DNA of 64,000 nucleotides from positions 5,084,001 through 5,148,000 of the forward strand of contig NC_081332.1 of NCBI RefSeq assembly GCF_022539665.2, read 5' to 3'. Made by a program: the position numbers and the translations under genes. Under the pieces are notes generated by a model, which was not told the origin of the DNA, searched no databases, and saw only the letters and a list, made by a program, of their open reading frames with translations. Each line of letters begins with the position of its first letter. Position 1 is the first letter of the stretch. Origin of the DNA: Daphnia carinata (lineage: Eukaryota). Shown here one piece after another: positions 45,779 to 59,563 of this stretch.

Positions 45779-48237
45779 TTACGGCTTGCAGCGGTCCAAG
45801 AAACGAGGATACAGGCAGACCTCACGGATGTGGAAACGGTTCAGCATCCAGCAAAGAAAACGCTCCAAGCCAAGACCGTAACCGCCATGAGGACTCGTTC
45901 CGAATCTCCGCTAAATTACATTAATCAATTCGTTAATTGTAAAACTTATCTCTAAATAATACACACAAAGAATATCAACATACCTGATCAATATACCAGT
46001 AGTACGGAGTGGGATCAATTTCAGCCTTTTTGAAGGCTTCAACTAGCTCATCGTGATCATCAGTACGCATGGAACCACCAATAATTTCTCCAACACCCGG
46101 CATTAACAGATCCACCTAAAAAACAAATGTTTATCTTTACATAACGGAACAACTCAAAACTTTTTCTAAAAAAAAGGTCATACTGATTCAGTCAATTGGC
46201 GATCTTCCGGGCACCGTTTCATGTAAAAGGCCTTGATACCGGCTGGGAAACGACAGAGCATTATAGGTTCGTTGATTTTGTCCGTCATTTTTCTCTCCGG
46301 CATTTCAGGAATATCCTAAAATTAAAATGAAATTCATAATTTGTTAACGTTGAAGGAAAGACTAATAATCACAAGATCACCTCTCCGAATTCGTAGAATG
46401 ACCCATCTTCTTTAGTGATGCCGTTTTCTTTCAAGTAAACAATTGCTTCCGAGTAGTTCATGCGTCGAAAAGGTTTCTTGGGAACGACGAAATTCGGATT
46501 CAATTCGAGAACAAGGTTGGCGAAAGGTGACGCCATAACGCGTTCGCTGACGTCAACTACCAAGTCCTCGAGTCGATCAAGAAGGTCGTCGAATGAGATA
46601 AATGGACATTCAGCCTCGACATGCGAGTACCTAAAAAAAAAATGTGTTTGAATGTTACAACATTCAGTCTTATTTTGGTGTTTAGGAGGAGAGGGAAAAA
46701 AATTTAAATCCTACTCCGAGAGATGGCGACGCGTACGGCTTTGTTCAGCACGATAAGACTGGGCAATGCAGTAAACATCACCTAAAGCAGGAATCGCCGT
46801 CTCTAAGTACAACTGAGAACTCTGCGTCAAATAGGCCTTTTCCCTAATCAATAAAGAAAATTACGAGATGCACAAATAACGCGTAATGTCCTAATTCTAT
46901 TACCCAAAATAGTTGAGCTCGAACAAGGTCGAACCACCTTCTACTTGAGTCTGAACGAATGTAGGTGGTGCTACTTCGTTGTAACCACGAGAACTATAAT
47001 GATCTCTGAAGGCTTGCGTAATAACAGAACGAAGTCTTAGTACTTTAGACGTCTAAAAATAAACCAAACTGAAATTGAAGTAAAATTTAAACATAGAGTT
47101 AGTTATCTTACGTTTTCACCGCGAATCATCATGTGCCTCTGATCGAGCTGAACGTCCGGATGGGCATCCTCGTTCAGCAAAGCTTCCGCGCCACCAGGGG
47201 GTGCCGATCCAATCAGTTTCCAGTAGTCTACGTTCAATTCGTGACCTCCTGGAGCACTCTTACCTTCAGGCACTAGTTTTAGGGTGCCGAATAGCTGCAC
47301 GGACGATTCTGTTCACAAAATAAGAAACATGTATATTAATTTAAATCAGGATGGTGTTTAGCCAACAAAACTATCTACCTGTGCTGAGGGTAACTGCATC
47401 GAAAGTCTGGCAAAGCTGATCTGACAGGACGCACTGTAGAAGGCCAGTTCCGTCACGGAGAGTAATAAACATCAATGCTTTCCCTGATCGTAGTTTTTAT
47501 AATATTCTTTAATTAAATTATTAATTTAACAATGAAATGAAAAATGTGAATACCTTGACGTCGTAGTCTATGTACCCAACCAAACACTTTGACGCGTTGA
47601 CCTCTCAGGGGCTCTAATTTTGAAATTTTCGCCAATTGAGCAGGTGGCAGGGATGAATCTTCTTTAATGACAATTTTTTTTGCCTCTTCCAAGTTCTTCA
47701 CCCTTTTCTCTGCATCTTCTGCCTCCTTTTTGGCCTTTTCATTGGTTTTCTTTTGCTCTGCTTTGAACACCTTAATCATTTTCTTCATAGACGATGCAGA
47801 TGCTGGCTCATACTTCTGTAAGCCAAAATTTTTTGTAATTTTGCACTAAATAATTTGGTATTACAGACACCAACATCAATGGTATTTGTTAAATCTAACA
47901 ACTGACATTAGGCAAACTAGGAACATAAGAAATACATTTCTGTACTTTCTGTGTGTACCTTATCTTCTGATTTTCCATCAACGAAAATAGCGGGGAAAGG
48001 TTCTTGTCCTGCACGGCGTAAAGCTTCAAGTACCGTTTTGAAGGGTTTTTCTTGCGTACCATTACCATGTTCATCGCTACCGTTTTTTTCTGATGTGTAA
48101 GTTTCTCCCGGGCCTATCAGAAACAAAATGATCAGTCAAATCGACGTATTACCATGCCATGTTCAGTGCTACAAAACGACTTAATTTGTTATAATACCAA
48201 TCACGAGTTCTTTCATATCTTCTACAACATCCGCCAT
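45779..48237 (-). CDS. NARS1: Asparagine--tRNA ligase, cytoplasmic; multi-exon
   Basis: N-terminal [90 protein letters not shown]; terminal [17 protein letters not shown]. Confidence 0.96.
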
Positions 48238-49786
48238 ATTGTGTGAAAAAGGTTGTAGAAAAAAGTTTGCTACTTAAATTGTTTATTTTTTAAGACTGCT
48301 GCAGCAACGTGCTAACCGGAACAATCCCACACTGACGTAGCCAACGGAATATTGCCTCGTTTTTATGGTGTTGCTCTAAAGGCTGATGTAACATTGCGCT
48401 GTAATTTGCTATTGGCTAATTCTCATTGCGTCATGCTGATCTGTCAACAATTTAGAACTATTGTTTATTTTAGAGGTGATCATTTTAACTGTTTGTTTTT
48501 TGTTGTTTTTGTGATTTACCAATGCAGTTTGCTGGAAAATCATTATCTAAATTAACCTTCTTTATCGTCTCCAACGTCATCTAGTGGTTACCGAAAGAGC
48601 TACTTCACATGACGTTTACAAAAACTCACGCGGTAGTTTACACTTCTGTAATTCTGTAAATAAACAGATGGTAAATTTGAAGATAAATACACTGATAGAA
48701 ATTTTTTAAAGGTTCAAGCCAAGTAAGAAACTTACAGGATTTAGTGACTTTCATCTTACTATATCTGTTTAGTAAGGTGACTTATATATCTTACTAGTAC
48801 AGTTAGGGAATACAATGGCGCCTAAATTTCAACACCCCTTTCCTATTTTTTTTTACAAATTTTTATAAATTGGATGAGGTCATTCCGTCATTTGTTGTTC
48901 ACTCTCCTCAAAGCAGTTGACGAGTATTTTAATACGAAATTACATTAGTCAAATCTAGCATTATAAAAATACAATCAACATAGCCAGAGGGTATCCTACA
49001 AATTTATGCAATCTGGTTTTCATTTTCTTTTTGTCATAAGTTCTTGATGTGCTTTCTTCTTTCGTGCTACTTTTTTATTACGGGAGAACCGAGCCACTAT
49101 CAGCAAGTACTGCTGTATACCTGCTTGCTTCTTAACTTTTGTTCCTTTTCACTACTTCTGAAGAAAAAGCACTTAGCGCTTTTAAACAAGCAACGAACAT
49201 CTTTCCTTCGGCCTGTTACGAATAGGGGATGTATTACAGCGCCACTAATTTATAGCGGAAAACTATTTTAAAACGCTATTAGACTCGTTTGATATGAAAT
49301 CGCACATCTAGTTTGAAGTAACTGTTCCAGTCTTTGAGATCAAGCGAAGAATTGATTTAGGACCATACTGAGCAACCGTGAATCTGATGATTATTACAGA
49401 TAGCTCTAATGCAACAAACTGCTTGGGCCTGAATTTTCTATTCAGGATGTTGGAGGTTGGACATTGGATCGTTCTGCAGGCCCACCACGAACTCAGCTAC
49501 CACAACTGCACTAGCATGTATCCATTGCGCTGGGAAGGGGCGGAGCTTACAATGAGGAGCCCAGCACTTTCTTCCTAACCCCTATAGCCCACCCTCTCCC
49601 TCTCTCCTCTGCTCGTTTTTTTCTTTCCCTATGCTTTTCCTATTCCCCCAACCGACAAAGTCGCCTACTCTCCAAGTAAGCCGAAGCTGAACTCGCATTA
49701 TGCGAATGGACGTGAACGAGTACACAAGGGGGGCTCCAGACTGATTTCGCTCATTTTTTTGCCCCGTCGACGGGTACCCCATAGTG

Positions 49787-52700
49787 ATGGACCAGGTCAG
49801 GTCCAGTGCATCGAGAATCTTCAACATAACTTCTGTCGAAGGCCGGGATGATTGGGATGAGGTAAAAATTAATTCAATTGACGTCGTCTTGTCGCCCTCC
49901 GTCGCCCTCCTCTTTTAGGTGGCCGCCATCTTGGGCGGAAACAAGCGTAGCTTTATCAACACACCGATAGATGACGCTAGTAGTCACCAGCCGCCAAATT
50001 TGAATCACCTGTAGAAATAGAGAGGAAAACAAAGTTACCTTTTAAAATAAGTTGATATTATGTTTTGGACACAAGATCACATGCTATGTATTTTATATCT
50101 CGATTATAGAGTTCATATTTCTATTACCTCGTGAAAATTGTATTTTTCACTCATTTAATTTACTTTCTGTTCAATAGAAATGCGATCGTACATTTGGAGT
50201 CGTGCAGAATCTGATAAACGATTTATCAGAAAAAGAGGCTCATGATGCTCTTACAAGTGCTGTGTGTAAGGATGCAAAAACTCATGAAGATGTGTGTGTT
50301 GGTCTTGTCTACATGATCCTCACAGATCAGCAAAATGCTGCAAGGGTAAGATTACTAATCTGTTTATTCAAAACATTTGTTTTTATCATTTTCTTTTTTT
50401 AGAGCTATCGTGACCTATCATTTGTCTCAAGGGATGGCCTAGCCCTTGTTCTGAGTCATTTGACCCAACTTGTGGTTGAAAGGTTTCCTAGGCTACTGGA
50501 TTCAGTCCGCAGCCAACTGATGTGGCTCATCAAAGAGCTGGTGAGGGCTAATGTCACTGGGACAGACATGGTGATCTGGAATCTAATGAGACAGATTGCA
50601 GGTGGGGATGTTGCTGCAAGAAACATTTGGTTAGCTGACACTTTGATGGATTTGTTGATTGATCAAAGGTAAAGGGTAAAAATTATCATCCTGGTTTTCA
50701 AGATACATAAACATTCAATTTATTTTATTTCAGAGCATGGCTTGACAAGTTTCCATTCCTCATTGCATCTGTTGTCTACACATACCTCAGATTAATCGAA
50801 GACCACATCAGTCCAACCCATGCGTTCATTCGGCAAAAGGAAATCAATTTTTGCGTCTCATTGTTGCGCGAAAAATTCAGTGATTGTATGGCTATTGGAA
50901 GAGATTTGGTTCGACTCCTGCAACATGTTGCTCGAGTTCCTGAGTTTGAGCTTCTTTGGAGGGACATTCTGCACAATCCCAAAGCCCTATTGCCAACCTT
51001 TACGGGCCTGTCTCAGCTTATGCAGATTCGGACGTCGCGTCGGTTTTTGTTCCTCCGCCTAACTCCCGACATGGAAAAGAAAATGGTCTTTTTGACAACA
51101 TCTGTTCGATTTGGTAATCAGAAACGATACCAGGATTGGTTTCAGCGCCAGTACCTTTCAACACCCGAGTCGCAATCACTACGGTGCGATCTGATTCGCT
51201 TCATCGTGGGAGTGATTCACCCGTCCAACGAAGTCCTCTGTTCGGATATAATACCCCGCTGGGCCATCCTCGGTTGGCTCCTTACAACTTGCACTCACCC
51301 GGTGGCAGCCTCCAACGCCAAAATGGCTTTGTTTTACGACTGGCTGTTTTATGATGCTGAACGTGATAACATTATGAATATAGGTAGTTCCCAGTATAGC
51401 AATCCATGTTTGTCGCATTTCCTCACGCAATTAATTTCTAGAACCCGCCATATTAGTCATGTACCATTCGATGAGACCTCATCCAGCCATAACGGCTACA
51501 TTGTTGGATTTTCTGTGTAGAGTATGTTGTCGGCGCTATATTCCAAAAACATTCTATCGCACCAAACTAAACACTTTTCTGTTTATTTAGATAATTCCAA
51601 ATTTCTATCCACCGATGGCGAACCAAGTCCGGCTGGGTATTTTGACATCGTTGCGCCAGATATTGGAAAAACGTGTGCTACCCTCGCTCTCGCCATTGAT
51701 GACCAACCCAAAGCTGGACAAGGAGCTGCAACTTCTCATTCAAGAATCATTTCCCGAGTTCTGCCGAGCAACACAGAACAGCAGTCCGCCAACAATAGAC
51801 GGAGTGAAATCCGAGGATTTTAAAGAGATTGACGGTGAAAGCATTATCATCAGTAGTAGTAGTGAATCTGTTCTGGCACCTCCCTCCCTCATTCCGGCTT
51901 CCGAAACTACCCACGAACCAGTCTTCAGCGATGACGAGGACCAGGATGACATTCCGATCGGTATATACCACGGCATTACGCTTATGTTGCCAAATCAAAA
52001 ATGTTACTATTCATTGTTTTCTTGGCCCTTCTGCAGCCACCAAAATAAAGATGAGAGGCAAGATGACCGCAAACTCCGTGCGAACAATTCCTCCTCAACT
52101 ACTGGAAATTTCCAACACTGTGGCTCAACTCGACGGAGACGTGCGTGTCTACGTCGAAATGCTTATCTCTGAATCGGATATCGAAGCACGGTACAAATTT
52201 CATTCGATCATTTATGGCTTTACCACTTATATTTTTTACGCACATTTATTTAAAATGATTATAGATGTTCTGCTGTGGAGAATCTGGTCCAGTCTATTTC
52301 TCAAGATCCCCTTGAAAGCGAGCAAGCTCAAATGTTGGTCCAGTGTCTGCATGCCATATTCTTGCACGACCTGAGTACAACGCCCTTACTCACAGGGCAT
52401 CAGATAAACCCAGAGTAAGTTAGAACATTGTATTCATATTATCACGTCGTTGCATTAATTTCCGTACATCTTTCAGAGCCATGGAAGAAAGCATATCACG
52501 TCCCCTTTTCGTCCTACTCCGTTCGTTTGCTGAAATGGTTGATGATGATTCTAAGAGTCGGTCTCCTATAGCAGAACTGCTGGTCGAGCTTTACAAGCTC
52601 CAGCCGAAGATGGGTTACTTTCTTCTATATTTTTTAAGAGCAAGGTATACAAGTTTGCTCACGATATTTTCCTGTTTCTAAGAAAATACTAAACGCGTTT

Positions 52701-53984
52701 TCGTACTACAGCAAAGCCAGTGAATCCAAGTTTGCTTCCTACCGAGAAGTCTGCCAGGCTCGTGATATGGAAGTGGCTCACTGCTTACTGGAGGATTTAA
52801 AGATCTGTGCTGATGATGACGTCAACCTACTCTGCTACATGGCAGTTGACGTGTTTCAAAAGTTTCCCGATGAGAGTCGCAACAACAGTGAACTTCTTCA
52901 TCTATACGTATCGAATATTGACGGTACGCAGCTCTACCAACTTGTGGTGCAGTGCTTACATGGAGCCCTGGTCCTTTTCGACAGAGACCCATCCGTCATC
53001 GAACTTCTGGGTAAGTCTAATCGGCATTCAATTTACACCTGGTGCTTTTTATGAAGTTATTGTTATCCACAGCATCTAGCCTCGAGTGGGAAACATTCGA
53101 ACAGATGGCCTTGTGGCAGCTGGTGGCGGCCCACAGCATACCTCTATCACTACTGCTTTCACTGCTACCCAAGCTTAAGGAAGGCCAGCATTGCGAAGCG
53201 CTCACAGCGCTTCTGGCAATGATCAAACACGAACGGCCCAATAATGACCTTATGAAGGCATTGCTGAATTGCCCAATCGAGAGCTTTGTCTCTGCTTTGC
53301 TTTCTCACTGGTCTATGGAATCATCAACAAATCTGGCACCGATATTAGCTAACCAGTTCAACTCGGCGCTCAACATGAATTCGTTACCTGGGGGTCTTTC
53401 GACAAGCAGTTCGCCGGGAAAGCGGAAAAGGACAACTATGAACTCGCTTTCGGCTGCAACGGGTTTCAAAGTTACACCCACCCCTGGTTCTGGCATCGAT
53501 TCGTCTATTGAGTTGATAATGACGCACATGGAAATACTGAGAACATGCTTGACGGCCAATTTGCAAACAAAAAGTAGGTTTTACTAACATTACAATATTT
53601 GTCTTGATTTTAATCTCGTTGTTATTGAATTTAGATGGCAAGCAACAGCCGGCCGAGATCAAAGTCTTTGCCCACGAGAGCATGCAACAGGCGTTACAAC
53701 AGGTGCAGCAAGTCTGTAATGACTCGCAAAAGAAGAAGTTCAGTGACCTGTTCTCTCTGCTGGACACGAATGACGAGCCGGAAGTGAGTAGTGGTAGTCG
53801 GCGACCCGCCGGACGGGGAAGCAAACGAACCGGCAATCGATTGACGACCAATAATTCGAACCGCAACAGCAAGCAATCGAACAAGGAAGAGAGCGAAGAA
53901 GAGAGCAGTGAAGAAGAGGTCATCATTAAGCAGCGGACGGCCAAGAAGAGAAGGAAAGCCACAGTCGGCTCGGATTCCGATTAG
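49787..53984 (+). CDS. INTS3: Integrator complex subunit 3 (SOSS-A); multi-exon
   Basis: [25 protein letters not shown] exon; [79 protein letters not shown]; terminal [14 protein letters not shown]. Confidence 0.95.
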
Positions 53985-54544
53985 CGACGTAAGCAAAAAC
54001 ATTACAAACAATAACAGTGGCACAAAAACAGTGTGATCGACTGGCCTGTGACCGAGTCTGTGAATGAAGTTCGAACCATTTTTCGGCTTTTATTGAAAAC
54101 ATCACTCATAGACTGCCATGACTACTTTGAATGATCATTTCGACGACTGCCATACCAGGAGGGCTTGTTATTCCAAAAGGTGATCGTTCAAGAGTCCTTG
54201 GCCTGCTCTTTCTCAACCTCTTTGACCGACGAGTCGTGGCTCTTGTTTTTCTTTTTTTTTTTTTTTTTTTTCCTTTTTCGGCAATGTCCTCCTGATTGAG
54301 TGTACAGCGGAAATGGGCACTGTTCATAGTGTGACCATTCAAAATTGTAAATACATCTTGTTTCTCATTCTATTTCAAAAAGTGGGTTGTCCCTTGTGTA
54401 AAAAGAATTGCGCGCACCGTTTCCCCTCGTTTTTTTTTCCTGAGCTCATCACGTGTTGAAGGAACAATAAAAATTAAGTGAAAATTGTACATCTTCTGAC
54501 TTAAAAAGATGCCTCAAAGAAATCAAAACGTAGTGCAATATAAA

Positions 54545-54920
54545 ATCTTAATATAAGATAAAAATTTTAAGCCCGACAAAATAAGCCCGACTTTTTTGTT
54601 TTTTTTGTTTAATTCAAAAACTGTAAGGCCAATTAAAAAATAAACCTTATATTCGTGATGAGCATTCCGCATCGAAATCACGTATTTAAGCCAAATTTGA
54701 AATTTGGCCGAAAATGAAAAAGTAGGAAGGGCCTTCTTACTTTTTCAATTTTCTTCAAATTCTAGATTTGGTTAAAAATACATTATTTTGATTCGAAATT
54801 GATTGCTGATCACGAAAATCGGGTATACTTTTGTATTGGGCTTATAGATTTTGAATTAACCGTAAAAAACTACAAGTTGGGCTTATTTTCTCGGGCTTAA
54901 AATTTTGTCCTATTAAAAAT
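54545..54920. mobile_element. Fold-back / MITE-like palindromic element (about 375 bp)
   Basis: Left arm AAAATTTTAAGCCCGACAAAATAAGCCCGACT matches the reverse complement of the right arm (AGTTGGGCTTATTTTCTCGGGCTTAAAATTTT) at 30/32. Pairing continues inward to a centre GAAAAAGTAGGAAGG-G-CCTTCTTACTTTTTC at about 54731. Confidence 0.75.
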
Positions 54921-55695
54921 CGCTACGCTAGCGCTGTAGCGTACTGGCGCGCTAGTAATGGATTCGATTTGCACCTAATTTTGTTTTAGATTACTCAAAA
55001 ACTATAAACTCTACGTAAAAACAAATTTCATTTTCGTGTTCCTTGTTAAATTTGAATCAGAATCATATAAGATCTTAATATAAGTACAACCTCATCAAAC
55101 ATGCATTGCGGCCACCTGGCTCTTTATTTGTGTGATTATTAGGAAATTACATAAGAACATGTGAGAGAGCAGCGAAATTGAAATCTGTAGTTCGAATATA
55201 CCGCCGTCTACATGAAACACAAATGAGGACAAGACTTCGTTTCCACATTCTACAAGTTGTCGAGTAGACATTGAAGAAGACAAGAAAAGATTATCAAGAA
55301 CGAAAACCATACAATCAGCACTCCTTCAAAGTCATGAATAAACGTCAGTCTTAAAAAGGTGTCTTAAAAAAAGAAATAGATTTTCGTTTTGGAAAAGAAC
55401 ATTTTTATTTTTTTTCTCCTTTTCGTGGGGATTTCGCACGATATTTACTTTACGAGCGGAGGGAAAGGAAGAAAACGACATCAAATTGGTTCACTAACCT
55501 AAAACAAAAAAAAAACATAAAAAAGTATTCCTCCAAGTGGGCTCAAATTCATCCCAAATCAACTGGTGCAATCGTAACCCTTGAAAAACAAGACAGAAGA
55601 GAAAGGAATCTGTAGTCTCGACAAGAAACTGAACAATTAGAGAGTCGGTAATACTTTGTTTTCTCCCATGATTTCTCTCTCGGTTTAAAATGCGT

Positions 55696-58600
55696 TTAGT
55701 TCGAGCCCCAATAAGATCCTCCGTAGGTCGGCTTCGATCCTTGTTTGTTCTGTTGGCCGCCGCTTTGAGAACGCTGTCCGGGTCCACTGGTAGAGTCCTT
55801 TCGAAATTAAATAACGAAAAATAAAAGTTTAACCAATGTAATAAAAGCATTTTAATGTCATAAAAAGCGCGACGAGTTGTGATAGAAAAATAACTACCTG
55901 ATGAAGTTGCTGATGCATCATGTGCGAATGCTGAGATTGATGAGGCGCGAGTGTCGGGATAAACATGTGCTGAGCTCCATATGGTGACGGACCTCCAACA
56001 CCCACTCCTACACTGACACCTACACCCAACGGAGCTGCACTAGCGTTTCCGGCCATGCCATAAGGAGGTGGTGTACCCGTATGGAATCCTCCAGTTTTAT
56101 CGTACGTCTATCAAATATAAAGTATGGGGTAAACATCTTTTAAAATATTTAAAAAATAGAAATGACCATGCACTTACACTGATTTTTCCGAGTTGATTAT
56201 GAGTCTTGCCGTAGACATTGGGTCCCAAGTCAGCGGATCCAGCGGCACCAACGGAGGGGCCTGTCGAAGCACCGACTCCACCGATCTTTGCCGTCTGAGC
56301 AGCTGCACTGCCAACGCTTACGGAATTGTAAACCGCTTTGGAAAAATCTTCGTAGCTCGAACCGTAGCTGGCGTATCCAGAGGCCGTGGCATTTGACGGA
56401 CCTCCAGCATTTACACCACCCGACGATTGACCTGACTGGGCAGCACCAGTACCACTTCCGCTTAAACCTCCTTTGCCGTATTGAGCTGCGCCGCTTGCAG
56501 CGTGACCCGAAGTGGCCGCTGAAACCGGATACAAGGCTGCGGGAGCACCAAACTGGTAACCACCGGGCATTACGCCACCACTGTAGTAGTAAGCGTAGGC
56601 CGGAGTAAGCGGAGTTGCAGCTGCGGCGGCCGGTGTAATAAACGCTCCGCCATGACTTTGAGCAGCATTCTAAAAGCGATAAAAAAAAATAGTAATAATT
56701 ATAATTTAAAAAAAAACTAGATCAGAGAATAAGCTAGCGTTAACAAATAAATTGATTTAAAACTGACCTGAGATAGCGAGGTAGGAACTGGAGAGTTATT
56801 TTCATTGCGCGAAAACTTGGCATCGGTTCCGGTAGCGTAAGCCAACGAGGCCAGAGTTCCATCACGGCCACCACCCAAACTGGTAGGCGACTGATAGCCC
56901 ATATCGTAATACCCCGCCGCAGCTAGGTGTGGATACCTGTACTGCATATCCTCTAGACTGTACACTGGGTGCTGCTGGATACCAGCAGCAGCGGCAGCAG
57001 CGTAATAGGGCAAGCCGGGTGCCTGACCCATGATGAAGCTACCGGGACCAATCATGGGCACACCAGGCGGCATGTTGGGCAGTCCTGAGCCGCTAGCTGC
57101 AAGCGTTGTGCCAGCTTGCTTGTTGCTCGCAGTAGCTACAGACGTTGCTGCGTTAGGTTGTCTTGAGGTCGATGCTGCCGTGGCATTAGGCATATCTCCT
57201 CTGAGAGAAGACACTGAGCTTGATGCGTCATTCATGCTACTGGCGGAATTCATTTTGTTGTTGTAAGTTTGGTAACTAGGTTGTTGTTGTTGTTGTTGCT
57301 GCTGCTGCTGTTGTTGTTGCTGCTGTTGTTGGGCATACGAACCGTAAGCTGTTTGACTGCTAGCACCTTGATATCCCGAGTTGGACGAATTGTTACTGTA
57401 CACACCGCCTAGAAAGATAAATTTATTAACAATAACGTAGTAAGCTAGAGGCGAATCGAATTCCGTACTAGTCTGACTATTGGTCGGATAAGCACCAGCA
57501 GGCTGAGAGACACCCGTAGACGTTGCCTGAGTAGAAGCACTGTTGACGCCTGGAGGCGCATACGTTGTGCCGTATGGATACGACGCCGGACTATTGGTCG
57601 ATTTAACCTGAGTGGATGTCGTAGCCATGGATTGCTGTGAAGCCGAGGCCGACGATGCGGAAAACCCACCAAGCGAAGAATCGGGTTTGGGCAATGTTGA
57701 AGGCGCAGGTGGCTGTGGAGTTGGAGCACTACTAGCGTACTGCTGTTCAATTTTTGACATTAGTCCATGCTGCGATTGTTGTTGTTGCTGTTGTTGTTGC
57801 TGCTGCTGTTGTTGCTGCTGCTGCTGGTGTTGTTGGTGTTGTTGATGAGAGTGATCCGACTGCTTCCCCATGTTAACGTTTGCAGTGGACGAGGGCGTCA
57901 TAGCAACATCAACGTTCATGTCGAAACCGGAAGGTTCGACTCCAAAATCAAGCGTTCCAAATTTTACATCCAGCCCGGAAACAATGGGATCGTCTGGCAT
58001 TTCAACCGCTGACAGAGGAATCTAAAAGAACAAAAAAAAAGACATGACTAAAGTTGCTAGGTGAACAATAGTAAAAACTCCGAGAAAAGAATTAACATAC
58101 CTTAGAAGGTGGTGGGATTTTGGCTCGCAATGGCTTGGCAGATTTTACGCTGGCGGAAGGCCCACCGACACCCATTGCGGCTTTGAGTGCATCAGTTGCT
58201 TGTTGGCTATACTGGAGGAATTGTTGCTGCATTGATGACCCGGCCACAGTTACGCCTGACGTCTTTTGAAGTAAAGCGTTCAAGTCGATGCCTTGTTGCG
58301 CGCTGTTGTTCATGGTGGAGTAGTGAACCTGAGGAGGAGGGGGGGGAACAGGAACAGCAGGTTCTACATGGCTGCTGCTGCTGCTACTGTTGCCTCCGCC
58401 ACCGCCATTAGAAATCGATGGTGAACCATTTGTTAGCAGCGCAGGTTCAGGAATAGGCGCTGCTGGCACAGGAACATTTACAGCTGCAGACTGAGACGGT
58501 GTAAACACCTTCGTTTCAACCAGTGAACCGATATATTCTTCATTATCCCAATCTTCAGCGGATGGAAAGTCAACTCCCCAAGGCTCTACGTTTGTCATGG

Positions 58601-59563
58601 AGGAATAATCGGCACCTTCTTCCCATGTTTCGGTGACGGGAGCTGGGCCGCGTTGTCCTCGTCGGTATCCCCCTCGACCGCCTCGACCACCACCACTTCC
58701 TCGGCCGCTAGATCCTTCTCTTCCGGGTCCATTTGACATGCGTGGGCCGCTACGAGATCCTCTTCCACGAGATCCACCGAAATGTTCTCCTTCGCCATCT
58801 TCAACATTTTCCTTGTTATCACGACCACGGCCACGACCTCGTAGCCTAGGTGGACCACCACGGCTGCTTCGAGGCCTGTCCCTCTCGCGATCTCTTCCAC
58901 GTCCGGCTCCTGTTCCAGTGCCAACATCAGCTCCATCACCACCTGCTGGACCATGCTGTTGAGCTGACTGCTTGGGTTTTTTCTTCTTCCCTGATACCTC
59001 CCAGTCACCCTAAGTAAACACAAAATTCATTAATTAGAAGTTCAAATTATGCACACAGCTAAGAGGTTATACTTCGGTTTCTCCATCAAGGAGGGCTGCT
59101 ATGGCATGGTCCAAATCGTTGTTCGAATCATGAAGCGCAATAATTGCTGCATCAGCACTGCAATTGGTTAACTCAACCAGCTAAAAATGCATAATTTTTA
59201 ACAGAGTTAAAAAATATTACAACATGAATCAATACCTTGTTGACTTTTTCTGGAAGTTCTGGATCATCCCTCTTGCTGTCACTGATCATCTGAGCTAGAC
59301 GAAGTTGCTCAGCAGTGGGCTAAACAAAGAGCATATTACGGTGAACTATACAACAATCTGAAAGTGAAATTGGACTCTTTTAAACTTACCAGAAGCTTGG
59401 GATTGATTTGCTCAACTGCTTTGCTGGAATCATTTTTAGCTTCTCCAACCTTGGAATTAGCCGTTTTGGTGGAAGAGGATGCTGTGTCCTTAGATAAAGG
59501 AAGGGAAGGATTGGTGGAGGACTTCCCTTTGTCCCCTTTCTTGGCTGTTGAACTCATTCTCAT
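55696..59563 (-). CDS. lig: Lingerer / UBAP2L stress-granule protein; multi-exon
   Basis: PTAEQLRLAQM followed by a UBA domain (IIALHDSNNDLDHAIAALLDG); RGG-rich region; AEDWDNEEYIGSLVETKVFTPS; KIPPPSKIPLSAVEMP; LDVKFGTLDFG (G3BP-binding FG motif); poly-Q; YDKTGGFHTGTPPP; terminal YWGSN*. Confidence 0.92.

Noticed and set aside
53384..54023. Long minus-strand ORFs over the INTS3 3' end
   Set aside because: Antisense shadows of the INTS3 coding exons.
57280..57845. Poly-Cys/poly-Leu ORFs and TGC/TGT tandem arrays
   Set aside because: Antisense reading of lingerer poly-Q codons; not separate genes and not a CRISPR-like array.
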